A stretch of DNA of 51,632 bases from an uncultured Gammaproteobacteria bacterium. GTDB lineage: Bacteria; Patescibacteriota; Microgenomatia; Daviesbacterales; UBA10151. The translations under genes were made by a program, and so were the position numbers. The stretch is from assembly GCA_964547465.1 (NCBI GenBank), contig CAZJNI010000008.1, positions 1-51,632 of the forward strand. Direction: 5' to 3'. Positions 1 through 8,468 of this stretch are shown one piece after another. The number at the start of each line of letters is the position of its first letter. Positions within the stretch are counted from its first letter, which is position 1. The notes beneath the pieces are model-generated. The model worked only from the letters and a program-made list of their open reading frames with translations. It ran no database searches and was not told the origin of the DNA.

Positions 1-146
1 ATAAGTGCTGAAAGCATCTAAGCACGAAGCAGACCCCAAGATGAGGAATCTTGAAGACCCCAGATAGACTATCTGGTTGATAGGTTAGCGGTGTAAGTGC
101 TGTAAGGCATTTAGCCTACTAATACTAATGGTCGTCGTTGAGATTT
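1..146 (+). rRNA. rrl: 23S rRNA, 3' end (partial)
   Basis: Conserved 23S 3'-terminal sequence (GCTGAAAGCATCTAAG...GACTATCTGGTTGATAGG...TACTAATGG). The exact 3' end is approximate. Confidence 0.92.
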
Positions 147-171
147 TTTGATCTTAAACTTTCTTAGCCCT

Positions 172-202
172 CCCAAGTTTTGCTTTGCAAAATTTGTTCG
201 GG
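172..202. repeat. REP-like palindrome in the 23S-5S spacer
   Basis: CAAGTTTTGC-TTT-GCAAAATTTG imperfect inverted repeat, flanked by CCC/GGG. Confidence 0.6.
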
Positions 203-212
203 TAAATCCGTA

Positions 213-241
213 TTCACATTTTAGGGTACAAATGGTATAAT
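213..241 (+). promoter_or_regulatory. sigma70-type promoter directly upstream of 5S rRNA
   Basis: TTCACA(213-218), 17 bp spacer, then TG-G-TATAAT (extended -10, hexamer 236-241). Confidence 0.7.
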
Positions 242-245
242 GAAC

Positions 246-363
246 TTTCGGTGGTTAAAGCGTTGCGGTACTACCTGATCCCATCCCGAACTCAGTCGTA
301 AAACGCTTCAGCAGGGACGATAATATATCGGCAACGGTATGTGAAAATACCCCACTGCCGGAA
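246..363 (+). rRNA. rrf: 5S rRNA
   Basis: CCTGATCCCATCCCGAACTCAG-TCGTAAA signature. Terminal helix 246-255 pairs with 354-363 and is followed by a T-tract. Confidence 0.93.
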
Positions 364-398
364 TTTTTTTTAGACAGAAAATATGGTATGTTTAGAGT

Positions 399-884
399 AT
401 GAAATCTGCCCGCGGGTTTACCACGTTTAGTTTACATAAACGTGGTTTTACCCTTGTTGAACTTCTGGTAGTTATTTCCATAATTGCAATTCTTTCAGTA
501 ATTGGTATGGCTATTTTTACCGGTGTCCAAAAATCTGCCAGGGATGCTAAAAGAAAAGCGGATATAGATGCAATTGCTAAAACTATGGAGATCCATTATG
601 AGGGATGTGGTTCACGTACATATTGTGGCCTGCAGGCTTCTTATTTTGGCAGTGGAGCAGCTCCAGTAGACCCGGGCTCTTATGTTTATTGTGCTGCTTG
701 GGGTAATACTGCTCCCGTCATACCTCCTGCTTCTTTTACCACTGCTTGTCCTTCTGGATGGTCTCCGGTATCAGGAGCAGGTGCGGGGGGTGCACCTCAA
801 GGTAACACTTATTGGGCTGTTTGCGCTGCCCTGGAAAACCCAGGATCAGGTTCACCCCTTTACTGTAAACCAAGCCTACAATAA
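399..884 (+). CDS. Type IV pilin / GspG-like prepilin
   Basis: Class III signal G|FTLVELLVVISIIAILSVIG, KARDAKRKADI-like helix, Cys-containing variable C-terminus. Confidence 0.88.
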   Translation: MKSARGFTTFSLHKRGFTLVELLVVISIIAILSVIGMAIFTGVQKSARDAKRKADIDAIAKTMEIHYEGCGSRTYCGLQASYFGSGAAPVDPGSYVYCAAWGNTAPVIPPASFTTACPSGWSPVSGAGAGGAPQGNTYWAVCAALENPGSGSPLYCKPSLQ

Positions 885-949
885 AGATCTGGTTAAAGTT
901 TATAACTTGTAGTATAATCTTTGCATAAAAGAAAGACAGGTGATTATGA

Positions 950-2044
950 ATGGTGGATATAATGGAGAAGCTTTTGGCTTCTTCTGCAAAACCGGTTAAC
1001 ATCAGGCGTGGTCAGGAAGTAGAAGGCGGAATAGTTTATATCAGCGATTCAGAATTAATTTTGGATTTAGGTGCAAAATCAGAAGGTGTGATCCAAAAAA
1101 GGGAATTTCCCTCCACTCAAATTGAAAAATTCAAAGTTGGAGAGAAAATTAAAGCCTTTGTTATTTTTTCTGAAAATGAAAACGGCCAGGTAGTTTTATC
1201 GCTTCATCCGGCTCAACCAAAGGGAAGTTTCGGACGTGGGCTGATCGCCCAAAGACGTGGCGGCAGGGAAATTAACTGGACCAGGTTTAAAAATGCTCAA
1301 AGTAGCGGCAGCAAACTTTCAGGCACAATCACAGAAATAAATAAAGGTGGTTTGATTGTGGAAGCAGACGGAGTTAGAGGATTTTTACCAAACTCACAAA
1401 CCGGTTTTGAAGTGATCAGCAAAAATGTTTCCAACTCACAGGATTTGATTGGGCAAGTTGTTAGCTTTTTAGTGACAGAAACTGATGAAGGTTCAAATAA
1501 ACTGATATTTTCCCAAAAAGGTTTGATTGATGATGCCATTAAAGCCAGTTTGAGGAACTTTAAAAAGGGCCAGAATTTTTTGGGTAAAGTGGTATCAGTT
1601 CTACCTTTTGGAGTTGTTTTGGAAAAGGATAATGTCAGGGGACTGGTATTAATTTCAGAAGTAGCCTGGGAAAGAACAGAGGATCTCTCAAACTTTTCCT
1701 TGGGACAGGAGCTTGAAGCTTTAGTTTTGGGGGTTGATGAGGATTTAGGCAGGCTAAATCTTTCCATAAAGCATATGATGCAAGATCCATTTTTGAAACT
1801 GGCTGAAAAATATCCAACAGATGAAGTTATTAAAGCTGATATTACAAATATTTCTGATGGCGGGGTAAGTGTTATATTGGAAGACGGGACAGAGGGCTTT
1901 TTACCCTCATCTAAAATGGATGCTGACACAAAATATGAAGTTGGACAAAAAGTTACTTTTTTAGTGGATGGAATTGATGCCCAAAAAAGAAGAATAAATC
2001 TGGCCCCTTTTGTGACTTCAACCGCAGGCCTGATATATAAATAG
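950..2044 (+). CDS. rpsA: 30S ribosomal protein S1-like protein (about four S1 domains)
   Basis: Repeated S1/OB motifs (LDLGAKSEGVI, NKGGLIVEADGVRGFLPNSQ, GLVLISEVAW, EGFLPSSKM). AGGTGA SD-like site upstream. Confidence 0.75.
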   Translation: MVDIMEKLLASSAKPVNIRRGQEVEGGIVYISDSELILDLGAKSEGVIQKREFPSTQIEKFKVGEKIKAFVIFSENENGQVVLSLHPAQPKGSFGRGLIAQRRGGREINWTRFKNAQSSGSKLSGTITEINKGGLIVEADGVRGFLPNSQTGFEVISKNVSNSQDLIGQVVSFLVTETDEGSNKLIFSQKGLIDDAIKASLRNFKKGQNFLGKVVSVLPFGVVLEKDNVRGLVLISEVAWERTEDLSNFSLGQELEALVLGVDEDLGRLNLSIKHMMQDPFLKLAEKYPTDEVIKADITNISDGGVSVILEDGTEGFLPSSKMDADTKYEVGQKVTFLVDGIDAQKRRINLAPFVTSTAGLIYK

Positions 2045-2090
2045 TCTGTAATTTTTAGACTTACTATATCTCAAGTGCTATAGTTAATCT

Positions 2091-3029
2091 ATGGGCCAAA
2101 GTTTTAAAAAGCCGGGTCTAAAAACTCTTTTAGCTATGGTGATAAGTGTGATTCCGCTGACATTCTTAAACGTTAACTATTTAAATGGTAAACTTTTAAA
2201 CACAGAGGAATTAGCAAGAGAGAGGATATTTAACTTATCTAAACAAGTAGCCGGTATCCAGGAAAAATATTTAGAAACATCCAGAAATATTCTGCTGTTA
2301 ATATCTCAACTGCCGGAAGTACAAAATCCTACTGACAAAAAGTGCAGTGACCTGCTCGCTACCCTTCTTAAGGGGTATCCTTTTTACACTAATTTTGGGG
2401 TAATTGATCTTAAAGGAGACTTAATTTGTACTGCAACACCATCCCCGGAGCCCATTAATTTAGCAGACACAGTTTTTTTTAATAAAACGCTTCAAAATAA
2501 GGACTTCTCTATAGGGGAGTATAGGATTGGCAGGGTTACCGGTAAAGAGATTTTAAGCTATGGTTATCCTGTGAAAAGTGCTGATAATAAAATTTCGGGT
2601 GTTGTTTATGCTACCTTATCTCTTGACTGGTTAAAGGAACTGGTAGCTCGGCAAGAATTACCGGAAGAAGGTATTCTGTTAGTTTTAGACCGCAAAGGAA
2701 AGATACTTGCAAGGTCCCCTGATAATGATATTTGGGTAGGTAAATCTATACCTGATAAAGCTCTTCTAAGTACAATCCTTTATACTAAAGAAGGAGTTGT
2801 AGAGACTGATAAGACAATAGATAGAAAACCTTATGTTTATGGATTTACCTCTTTGGCAGGCAGCGATGACTTTATTTTTTTAGCAATGGGAGAACCTAAA
2901 AATACTATCCTGGAAGAGATACAACCATCCCTTAATGCCAATGTATTGCTTCTATCGGGAACAAGTGCAGTTTCAGTAGTATTAATATTTATTATCTGGT
3001 TAATCCTGCGCCGGGGAGGTACCGCTTAA
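2091..3029 (+). CDS. Cache (dCache_1-like) domain membrane protein with no cytoplasmic output domain
   Basis: TM, then a periplasmic Cache-like region (FGVIDLKGDLIC, FSIGEYRIGRVTGK, LVLDRKGKILAR), then TM. Ends 6 aa after TM2. Confidence 0.8.
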   Translation: MGQSFKKPGLKTLLAMVISVIPLTFLNVNYLNGKLLNTEELARERIFNLSKQVAGIQEKYLETSRNILLLISQLPEVQNPTDKKCSDLLATLLKGYPFYTNFGVIDLKGDLICTATPSPEPINLADTVFFNKTLQNKDFSIGEYRIGRVTGKEILSYGYPVKSADNKISGVVYATLSLDWLKELVARQELPEEGILLVLDRKGKILARSPDNDIWVGKSIPDKALLSTILYTKEGVVETDKTIDRKPYVYGFTSLAGSDDFIFLAMGEPKNTILEEIQPSLNANVLLLSGTSAVSVVLIFIIWLILRRGGTA

Positions 3030-3041
3030 AAAGCGGAAGTA

Positions 3042-3170
3042 CTAGAGCCTATTTCAAAACGTCATCGCGAGCGACCGAAGGGAGCGTGGCGATCTTGATT
3101 AAGAAAGATTGCCACGTCACTCGCTACGCTCGTTCCTCGCAATGACGCAGGGTTTTGAAATGACTTCTAG
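3042..3170. repeat. Nested palindromic RPE/REP-like element (intergenic)
   Basis: Inner GTCATCGCGAG...CTCGCAATGAC palindrome (3060-3147) inside outer inverted repeats CTAGAG..ATTTCAAAAC / GTTTTGAAAT..CTAG. Confidence 0.85.
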
Positions 3171-3235
3171 AAGAAGCAGCTGAAAAGGTCAAACTTCCTA
3201 AAGTGATGCAAAATAAATTATGGTAAGATAGCCCA

Positions 3236-4642
3236 ATGGCAAGAGTCTCTTCTAGTTATGTCTGCCAGCAGTGCAGTTATAGATCCTCCCAATATTTAGG
3301 AAAGTGCCCACAATGCGATTCCTGGAATTCGTTTGTAGAAACAATAGAAAATAGTCGTCAGTCGTCAGCTGCCAGTCGTCAGACAAGTCAGAAAGCAGAA
3401 ATAATAGATTTATCTAAAATCCAGAAAACAGATTATAAAAGATTTTCAACCGGGCTGGAGGAGTTTGACAGATGTTTAGGTGGCGGTGTAGTTTTAGGGT
3501 CCCTGGTGCTGGTTTCCGGTGATCCGGGGATTGGTAAAAGTACACTTCTGACGCAGTTGGCATTGAATATCAATTCTTCTGTCATTCCGAGGGAGCGAAG
3601 CGACCGTGGGAATCTGGATTCAAGAAAGATTGCCACGCTCGGTCGGAGTCTCGACCTCGCTCGCAATGACGGAGGTGGTGTCCTTTATGTTGCAGGGGAG
3701 GAATCTGCCCGGCAAATAAAAATAAGAGTGGACAGGATGAAACCAAATGCCTCTTTGGCTGTTTTAAATGAGATAGATGTGGATTTGATTATCGAAGCTA
3801 CTACGCACAAAAGGCCTGGCCTTGTGATCGTGGATTCAATCCAAACCCTGGAAACGCAAGACTTGGAATCTGTGGCCGGATCTGTGGGACAGGTTCGGGA
3901 ATGTACAGCCAGGTTGCAAAGACTGGCCAAGTCTTTGCATATCCCAATTTTTCTGGTGGGTCATGTAACAAAAGAGGGGACTATTGCCGGGCCTAAAACG
4001 CTGGAACATATGGTGGATGTAGTTTTATCACTGGAGGGTGATTCCACTAGCCTTTTTAGGATTCTTAGGGCCAATAAAAACAGGTTTGGACCAACAGATG
4101 AGGTAGGGGTATTTGAGATGCTGGATTCAGGGATGATTGAGGTTAAAAATCCTTCCAAAATTTTCCTGGATCAAAAAGTTGATGCTCCGGGTTCTGCTGT
4201 GGTGGCCATTCTGACTGGAGTAAGACCCCTGCTAGTGGAGATTCAGGCTTTAGTTACTAAAACCTCTTTGCCTTCGCCCAGGCGAACAGGTTCGGGAGTG
4301 GATAATAACAGATTACAATTGCTGGTGGCAGTTTTACAAAAAAGATTAGGTTTACCACTTTTTGATCAGGATGTATTTGTAAACGTGACAGGGGGTTTAA
4401 AAGTTTTTGAACCGGCAGCAGATCTGGGGATTTGTATGGCTATAATTTCTTCTTTTAAAGATAAAATTATAGATAGCAAAACAGCCATGATAGGAGAAGT
4501 AGGGTTACTGGGGGAAATTAGGGATATAAGGGGGCTTGATAAAAGGACAATTGAAGCCAAAAAGCTGGGATTTATGAATATCCTTTCTGCTAAAAATGCC
4601 AGGTCTTTAACTCAAGCTGTTAAGATTTGCCTATACCAGTGA
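3236..4642 (+). CDS. radA: DNA repair protein RadA/Sms
   Basis: C4 zinc finger, Walker A GDPGIGKST, YVAGEES, KNRFG motif, Lon-like C-terminus. Carries in-frame repeat insertions. Confidence 0.97.
   Translation: MARVSSSYVCQQCSYRSSQYLGKCPQCDSWNSFVETIENSRQSSAASRQTSQKAEIIDLSKIQKTDYKRFSTGLEEFDRCLGGGVVLGSLVLVSGDPGIGKSTLLTQLALNINSSVIPRERSDRGNLDSRKIATLGRSLDLARNDGGGVLYVAGEESARQIKIRVDRMKPNASLAVLNEIDVDLIIEATTHKRPGLVIVDSIQTLETQDLESVAGSVGQVRECTARLQRLAKSLHIPIFLVGHVTKEGTIAGPKTLEHMVDVVLSLEGDSTSLFRILRANKNRFGPTDEVGVFEMLDSGMIEVKNPSKIFLDQKVDAPGSAVVAILTGVRPLLVEIQALVTKTSLPSPRRTGSGVDNNRLQLLVAVLQKRLGLPLFDQDVFVNVTGGLKVFEPAADLGICMAIISSFKDKIIDSKTAMIGEVGLLGEIRDIRGLDKRTIEAKKLGFMNILSAKNARSLTQAVKICLYQ
3580..3671. repeat. 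RPE-like palindromic element inserted in-frame in radA
   Basis: TGTCATTCCGAGGGAGCGAAGCGACCGTGGGAATC...GATTGCCACG...CTCGCAATGAC adds about 30 aa between Walker A and YVAGEES. Confidence 0.88.
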
Positions 4643-4643
4643 T

Positions 4644-6695
4644 ATGAAAAAATATAGTATACCTATACTTTTAGCCGCGGCTTTTTTTATTATAGGTATT
4701 GTCACTCTTTCTGATTATGGAATAAACTGGGATACCCCTTCAAGAATGTTGCGCGGGCAAGCTTATGCACAGTTTTTTTTAACTGGTAAATATTTTTTTG
4801 ATTTTACTGACTCCCTTTCTCCAACTATATTTTATCCCGGTGAATATATGACCCGGTTTAACTTTATAGCAGGAGAAGGAGGAAAAAAGGTTTCATTACC
4901 TGATAGGCCTCTTTTTAAAAAGATAAGTTTAAGAAGTTTTTATCAAAATAATACCTGGAGTAGTGAGTTTTTTAAATTGGATACTGGACACGGCCATCCA
5001 CCTCTGCCTGAAATTTTAGGCTCTTTTTCCAACAGGTTTTTTTATCAAACTCTGCATATTTTTACTGATCTGGATAGTTATAACATACCGTATCTTTTTA
5101 TATCAGCTTTTGGAGTTTTTATTGTTTCTCTTTTTGCTTTTGAGCTGACTAATTCTTATTTTGCTTCAATTGTGGCAGGGTTATCTTTAGCTTTATTTCC
5201 TCTCTTTTTTGCAGAAGCCCATTTTAATTTAAAAGATCCTACCCAGGCCTCTTTTTTTGCCGGCTCAATTTGGGCTTTTTGGCATTGGGTAAAGTCAGGA
5301 AAGTTAGGGTGGTTTGGGGTATTTGGGGTATTTGGGGGATTAGCTTTATCAGTTAAATGGAATATTGTTTTTTTGCCGCTTATTATTTTACCCTGGCTTT
5401 TTTTAATCCGGTTTAAAAATTGGGGAAAATTGGGGTTTTTAGGGATTCTCGGGTGTTTAGGGGTATTTTTATTTTTGGTTTTAATCTGGCCGCCTTTTTG
5501 GCAAGATCCTTTTTCTGTAACTCAAATTTTTAACTATTATTTATCTACTGGGGCAGGAGGTAATTCTATCCAACCTTCAGGATTCATCCTGCCTTTTGGA
5601 TTTAATGTATATCCTTTGATCTTACTTTTTTCACAGACCCCGGAAATAATATTGATTTTTGGGGTAATAGGGGTAATTGTGATAATTAGGGAGATTAGGG
5701 GAGATAGTTTTAAGACAGGATATCTTTTGTTGCTTTGGCTTCTGGTGCCTATAATCCGCTATTCCTTACCTTTTGCCAGGTCATATAGCGGGATCAGACA
5801 GATCATGGAAGTTTTACCGGTAATGGCTATTTTGGTAGGAGTTGGAGCAGAGTTTTTAGCTGGGAAGCTAAAAAATTTTCAATTTTCAATTTTCAATTTT
5901 CAATTGATTACATTACTTGTTATAAGTTATTTGTTACTTGTGCCTATTATTAAGCTTCATCCTAATGAAAATGTTTATTTTAATAATCTGGTTGGAGGCA
6001 TAAATGGTGCTTATCATAAAAATCTGGTGGATCCCATGATTACGTATGGAAATATCTACAGACAGGCAGTTTTATGGCTTAACCAAAATGCTGAACATGA
6101 TGCCAATGTGGCTATAGTTGATGGTTATTCATTTGCTGCTTCACCTTTGTATTTCAGAGATGATATCAGCCTCTCTCCTTATCATTTTTCCGGTTTTGAC
6201 CAAAAGGGAGAATATATCATGTCCTCTTATAACTCACTGCACCCATCTGTATTTGCTTATGCCTACCCGGAAAAATTCCTAACACCTTTGCACATAATTT
6301 CAGTTGATGGAGTAGATTTACTGACTATTTACAAAAATGATCATAAGTTCGCAAAAAAAGATCTGGCTAATGAACAAATCATTGATAAGGTACACCTTAT
6401 ACCGATAAGGGGGCAAAACCAAGATTATTTTCAACTGGATCTTAATAAAAAAGTTTTTGTCACCAGAATAAAACTACAAGCTGACCCAGGGTGTATAAAC
6501 CAAAACCAGGACATAGTTGTATTTAGGCCCAGAGGTGAAGTGTTTGAATCTAATGAAATAAAAGATTTAGGAAATAATATTTTAGAATTTTACTTTCCTG
6601 CAATAGAGAGTCAAGTTATTGAAATTTATCCTCAAAACGAGCAGTCCTGTTTTTTAAAAGGTAAAGTTTTATCTATAAGCTTTCTCAATAATTAA
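4644..6695 (+). CDS. GT-C fold (ArnT/PMT-like) membrane glycosyltransferase
   Basis: N-terminal TM plus DYGINWDTP acidic motif, many TMs, HFNLKDP and SVKWN motifs, periplasmic C-terminus. Confidence 0.75.
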   Translation: MKKYSIPILLAAAFFIIGIVTLSDYGINWDTPSRMLRGQAYAQFFLTGKYFFDFTDSLSPTIFYPGEYMTRFNFIAGEGGKKVSLPDRPLFKKISLRSFYQNNTWSSEFFKLDTGHGHPPLPEILGSFSNRFFYQTLHIFTDLDSYNIPYLFISAFGVFIVSLFAFELTNSYFASIVAGLSLALFPLFFAEAHFNLKDPTQASFFAGSIWAFWHWVKSGKLGWFGVFGVFGGLALSVKWNIVFLPLIILPWLFLIRFKNWGKLGFLGILGCLGVFLFLVLIWPPFWQDPFSVTQIFNYYLSTGAGGNSIQPSGFILPFGFNVYPLILLFSQTPEIILIFGVIGVIVIIREIRGDSFKTGYLLLLWLLVPIIRYSLPFARSYSGIRQIMEVLPVMAILVGVGAEFLAGKLKNFQFSIFNFQLITLLVISYLLLVPIIKLHPNENVYFNNLVGGINGAYHKNLVDPMITYGNIYRQAVLWLNQNAEHDANVAIVDGYSFAASPLYFRDDISLSPYHFSGFDQKGEYIMSSYNSLHPSVFAYAYPEKFLTPLHIISVDGVDLLTIYKNDHKFAKKDLANEQIIDKVHLIPIRGQNQDYFQLDLNKKVFVTRIKLQADPGCINQNQDIVVFRPRGEVFESNEIKDLGNNILEFYFPAIESQVIEIYPQNEQSCFLKGKVLSISFLNN

Positions 6696-7328
6696 TATAG
6701 CGGATCTGCCAAAAAAGTTAGGCCAGATTTTGCCAAGCAAACTGACCTGGCGGTTTTTCCAATCAATGCAAACTAACCTATTTACAGATACCCCTCTCAT
6801 GGCAGGTAATGACATAAAGTCTGAGAGGGAAAAAAACCTGGTTTGCCGGGTATTCCACCAGGTGTGGCCATAAAGGGAAAGGGAGGGAAAATGGCCAAAC
6901 AAAGTTTGTAATCTATAAAACCAGAAGCCAAAATTAGGAAAGTAAAGAATTACTGATTTACCTACTCTTAAAGCTTGCGAAACTACTACATCCGGCTTTA
7001 AAGAGCATTGCAATACATCACTGCAAATTACCACATCAAACTGCCTGTTTTTAAATGGCAGGGTTTCGTCCATATCATAAACTTTAGCTTTAATCCCCCG
7101 TCTTTTGGCTTCTTTTACTCCAATTTCATCTAAATCTATCCCAAAAACCTGGCAATTTTTCTGTTTGATCAACTTCTCACCTAACACTCCATCCCCACAA
7201 CCAACATCCAGGACTTTTGAACCATTTTTGACCCAGGATAAGATGATTTCAAATTGAGGCCTGAAAGGTTGCAGAGTTTGACCTATTTTATATCCTTTCC
7301 CATGTTCATCAAAACGGTATTTTTTCAT
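6669..7328 (-). CDS. Class I SAM-dependent methyltransferase, MetW-like
   Basis: VLDVGCGDG motif I, FPNFGFW motif typical of MetW-like proteins. Confidence 0.8.
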   Translation of the reverse strand: MKKYRFDEHGKGYKIGQTLQPFRPQFEIILSWVKNGSKVLDVGCGDGVLGEKLIKQKNCQVFGIDLDEIGVKEAKRRGIKAKVYDMDETLPFKNRQFDVVICSDVLQCSLKPDVVVSQALRVGKSVILYFPNFGFWFYRLQTLFGHFPSLSLYGHTWWNTRQTRFFSLSDFMSLPAMRGVSVNRLVCIDWKNRQVSLLGKIWPNFFGRSAILIIEKAYR

Positions 7329-7346
7329 AAAATTTTAGTATACACT

Positions 7347-8468
7347 ATGTCGGTGGAAAGTAAATTTAATATTTGTTTTGTGACAGAGGATTTTTATCCC
7401 AACTTTATTGGCGGGCAGGGGATTTATGGATTTAATCTGGTCAAAGAGCTGGGAAAGATGGGCTGTCAAGTGGTGGTATTGGCGGAAGATAAACCTGGGA
7501 GGAGGGAGTTTTGGGATTTTGGGGTGTTTAAGGGGGTTAGGGTGTTATTGGTTCCTTTTTGTTTTGGTAATCAGCTTATTTTAGCTTTAGCTGAATATTT
7601 ATTATTCAAATTTAGATGCAGTAGTTTATATTTTGATATAGTTCATGCAAATCAACTAAGTGGGTTGTTTTTTGTACTTTTAAGACCTAAAAATGTGGGT
7701 AAAATTATAGTCTCTGCTCATAATACCAACTACGATATGGCCCAAAAAACTGACTCCAGACTGAAGCGGATTTTGTATCAGCCGTTAATATGGCTAGAAA
7801 GAATTGTTTATAAAAGAGCAGACGGATTAATTTTTAATTCACCTTTAGAGGAAAAGGAACTGATTAATTACTACAAAATTAAAATAAAGACTAAATCAAT
7901 ATACCCCGGGGTTAATATGCCAAAAATAAAAAGACAAAGAAAGGCAAATAAACAAAAAATAGTTTTATATGTGGGCAGGCTGGTTAAAAGAAAAAAAGTG
8001 GATACTTTGATTAGGGCTATTAAGTTACTAAAAAATGTAAAGCTGTTAATTATTGGAAAAGGGGTAGAGGAGGCGGCGTTAAAAAGAATGGCTAATCGTA
8101 ATGTGGAGTTTTTAGGATTTGTTGAAGACACAAATCCATATTTCCTAGGTTCTGATTTATTTGTGACAGTATCCGAGGCTGAAGGAGGGTTTTTGTTATC
8201 CGGTTTGGAAGCTGCCAGTTTTGGATTACCTTTAATTTTATCAGAATCAGCTGCAGGCTTTCCGATTATAAAAGAAGGCAGGAATGGCTATATTTGTACT
8301 AAGGATGATCCGGAAGAGTTGGCCAGGTTAATAAAAAGGGTCATTGGGGAGACAAGGATAATTAGGGAAATGAGGGAAGAAAGCAGAAAAATAGCAAAGC
8401 AGTTCAGTTGGAATAAGTGTGCAAAGAATACAATTGATTTTTATCATATAGTGTTGAAAAAACCTTAA
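7347..8468 (+). CDS. Glycosyltransferase family 4
   Basis: GGQGIY, VGRLVKRKKVD, EAEGGFLLSGLEAASFGLP. Start moved from 7254 to 7347 because the longer ORF overlaps the divergent gene. Confidence 0.88.
   Translation: MSVESKFNICFVTEDFYPNFIGGQGIYGFNLVKELGKMGCQVVVLAEDKPGRREFWDFGVFKGVRVLLVPFCFGNQLILALAEYLLFKFRCSSLYFDIVHANQLSGLFFVLLRPKNVGKIIVSAHNTNYDMAQKTDSRLKRILYQPLIWLERIVYKRADGLIFNSPLEEKELINYYKIKIKTKSIYPGVNMPKIKRQRKANKQKIVLYVGRLVKRKKVDTLIRAIKLLKNVKLLIIGKGVEEAALKRMANRNVEFLGFVEDTNPYFLGSDLFVTVSEAEGGFLLSGLEAASFGLPLILSESAAGFPIIKEGRNGYICTKDDPEELARLIKRVIGETRIIREMREESRKIAKQFSWNKCAKNTIDFYHIVLKKP

Noticed and set aside
921..931. TTGCATAAAAG upstream of the S1 gene and at 23544 as extra sites for the MerR-like protein
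   Set aside because: A short AT-rich match, single copies, and the 23544 copy is explained by a stem of element A.
7254..7346. N-terminal extensions given by the ORF track (7254, 10582, 22183, 26249, 39918, 48965)
   Set aside because: They overlap divergent genes, promoters or repeats. Downstream ATGs fit signal peptides and -10 spacing better.
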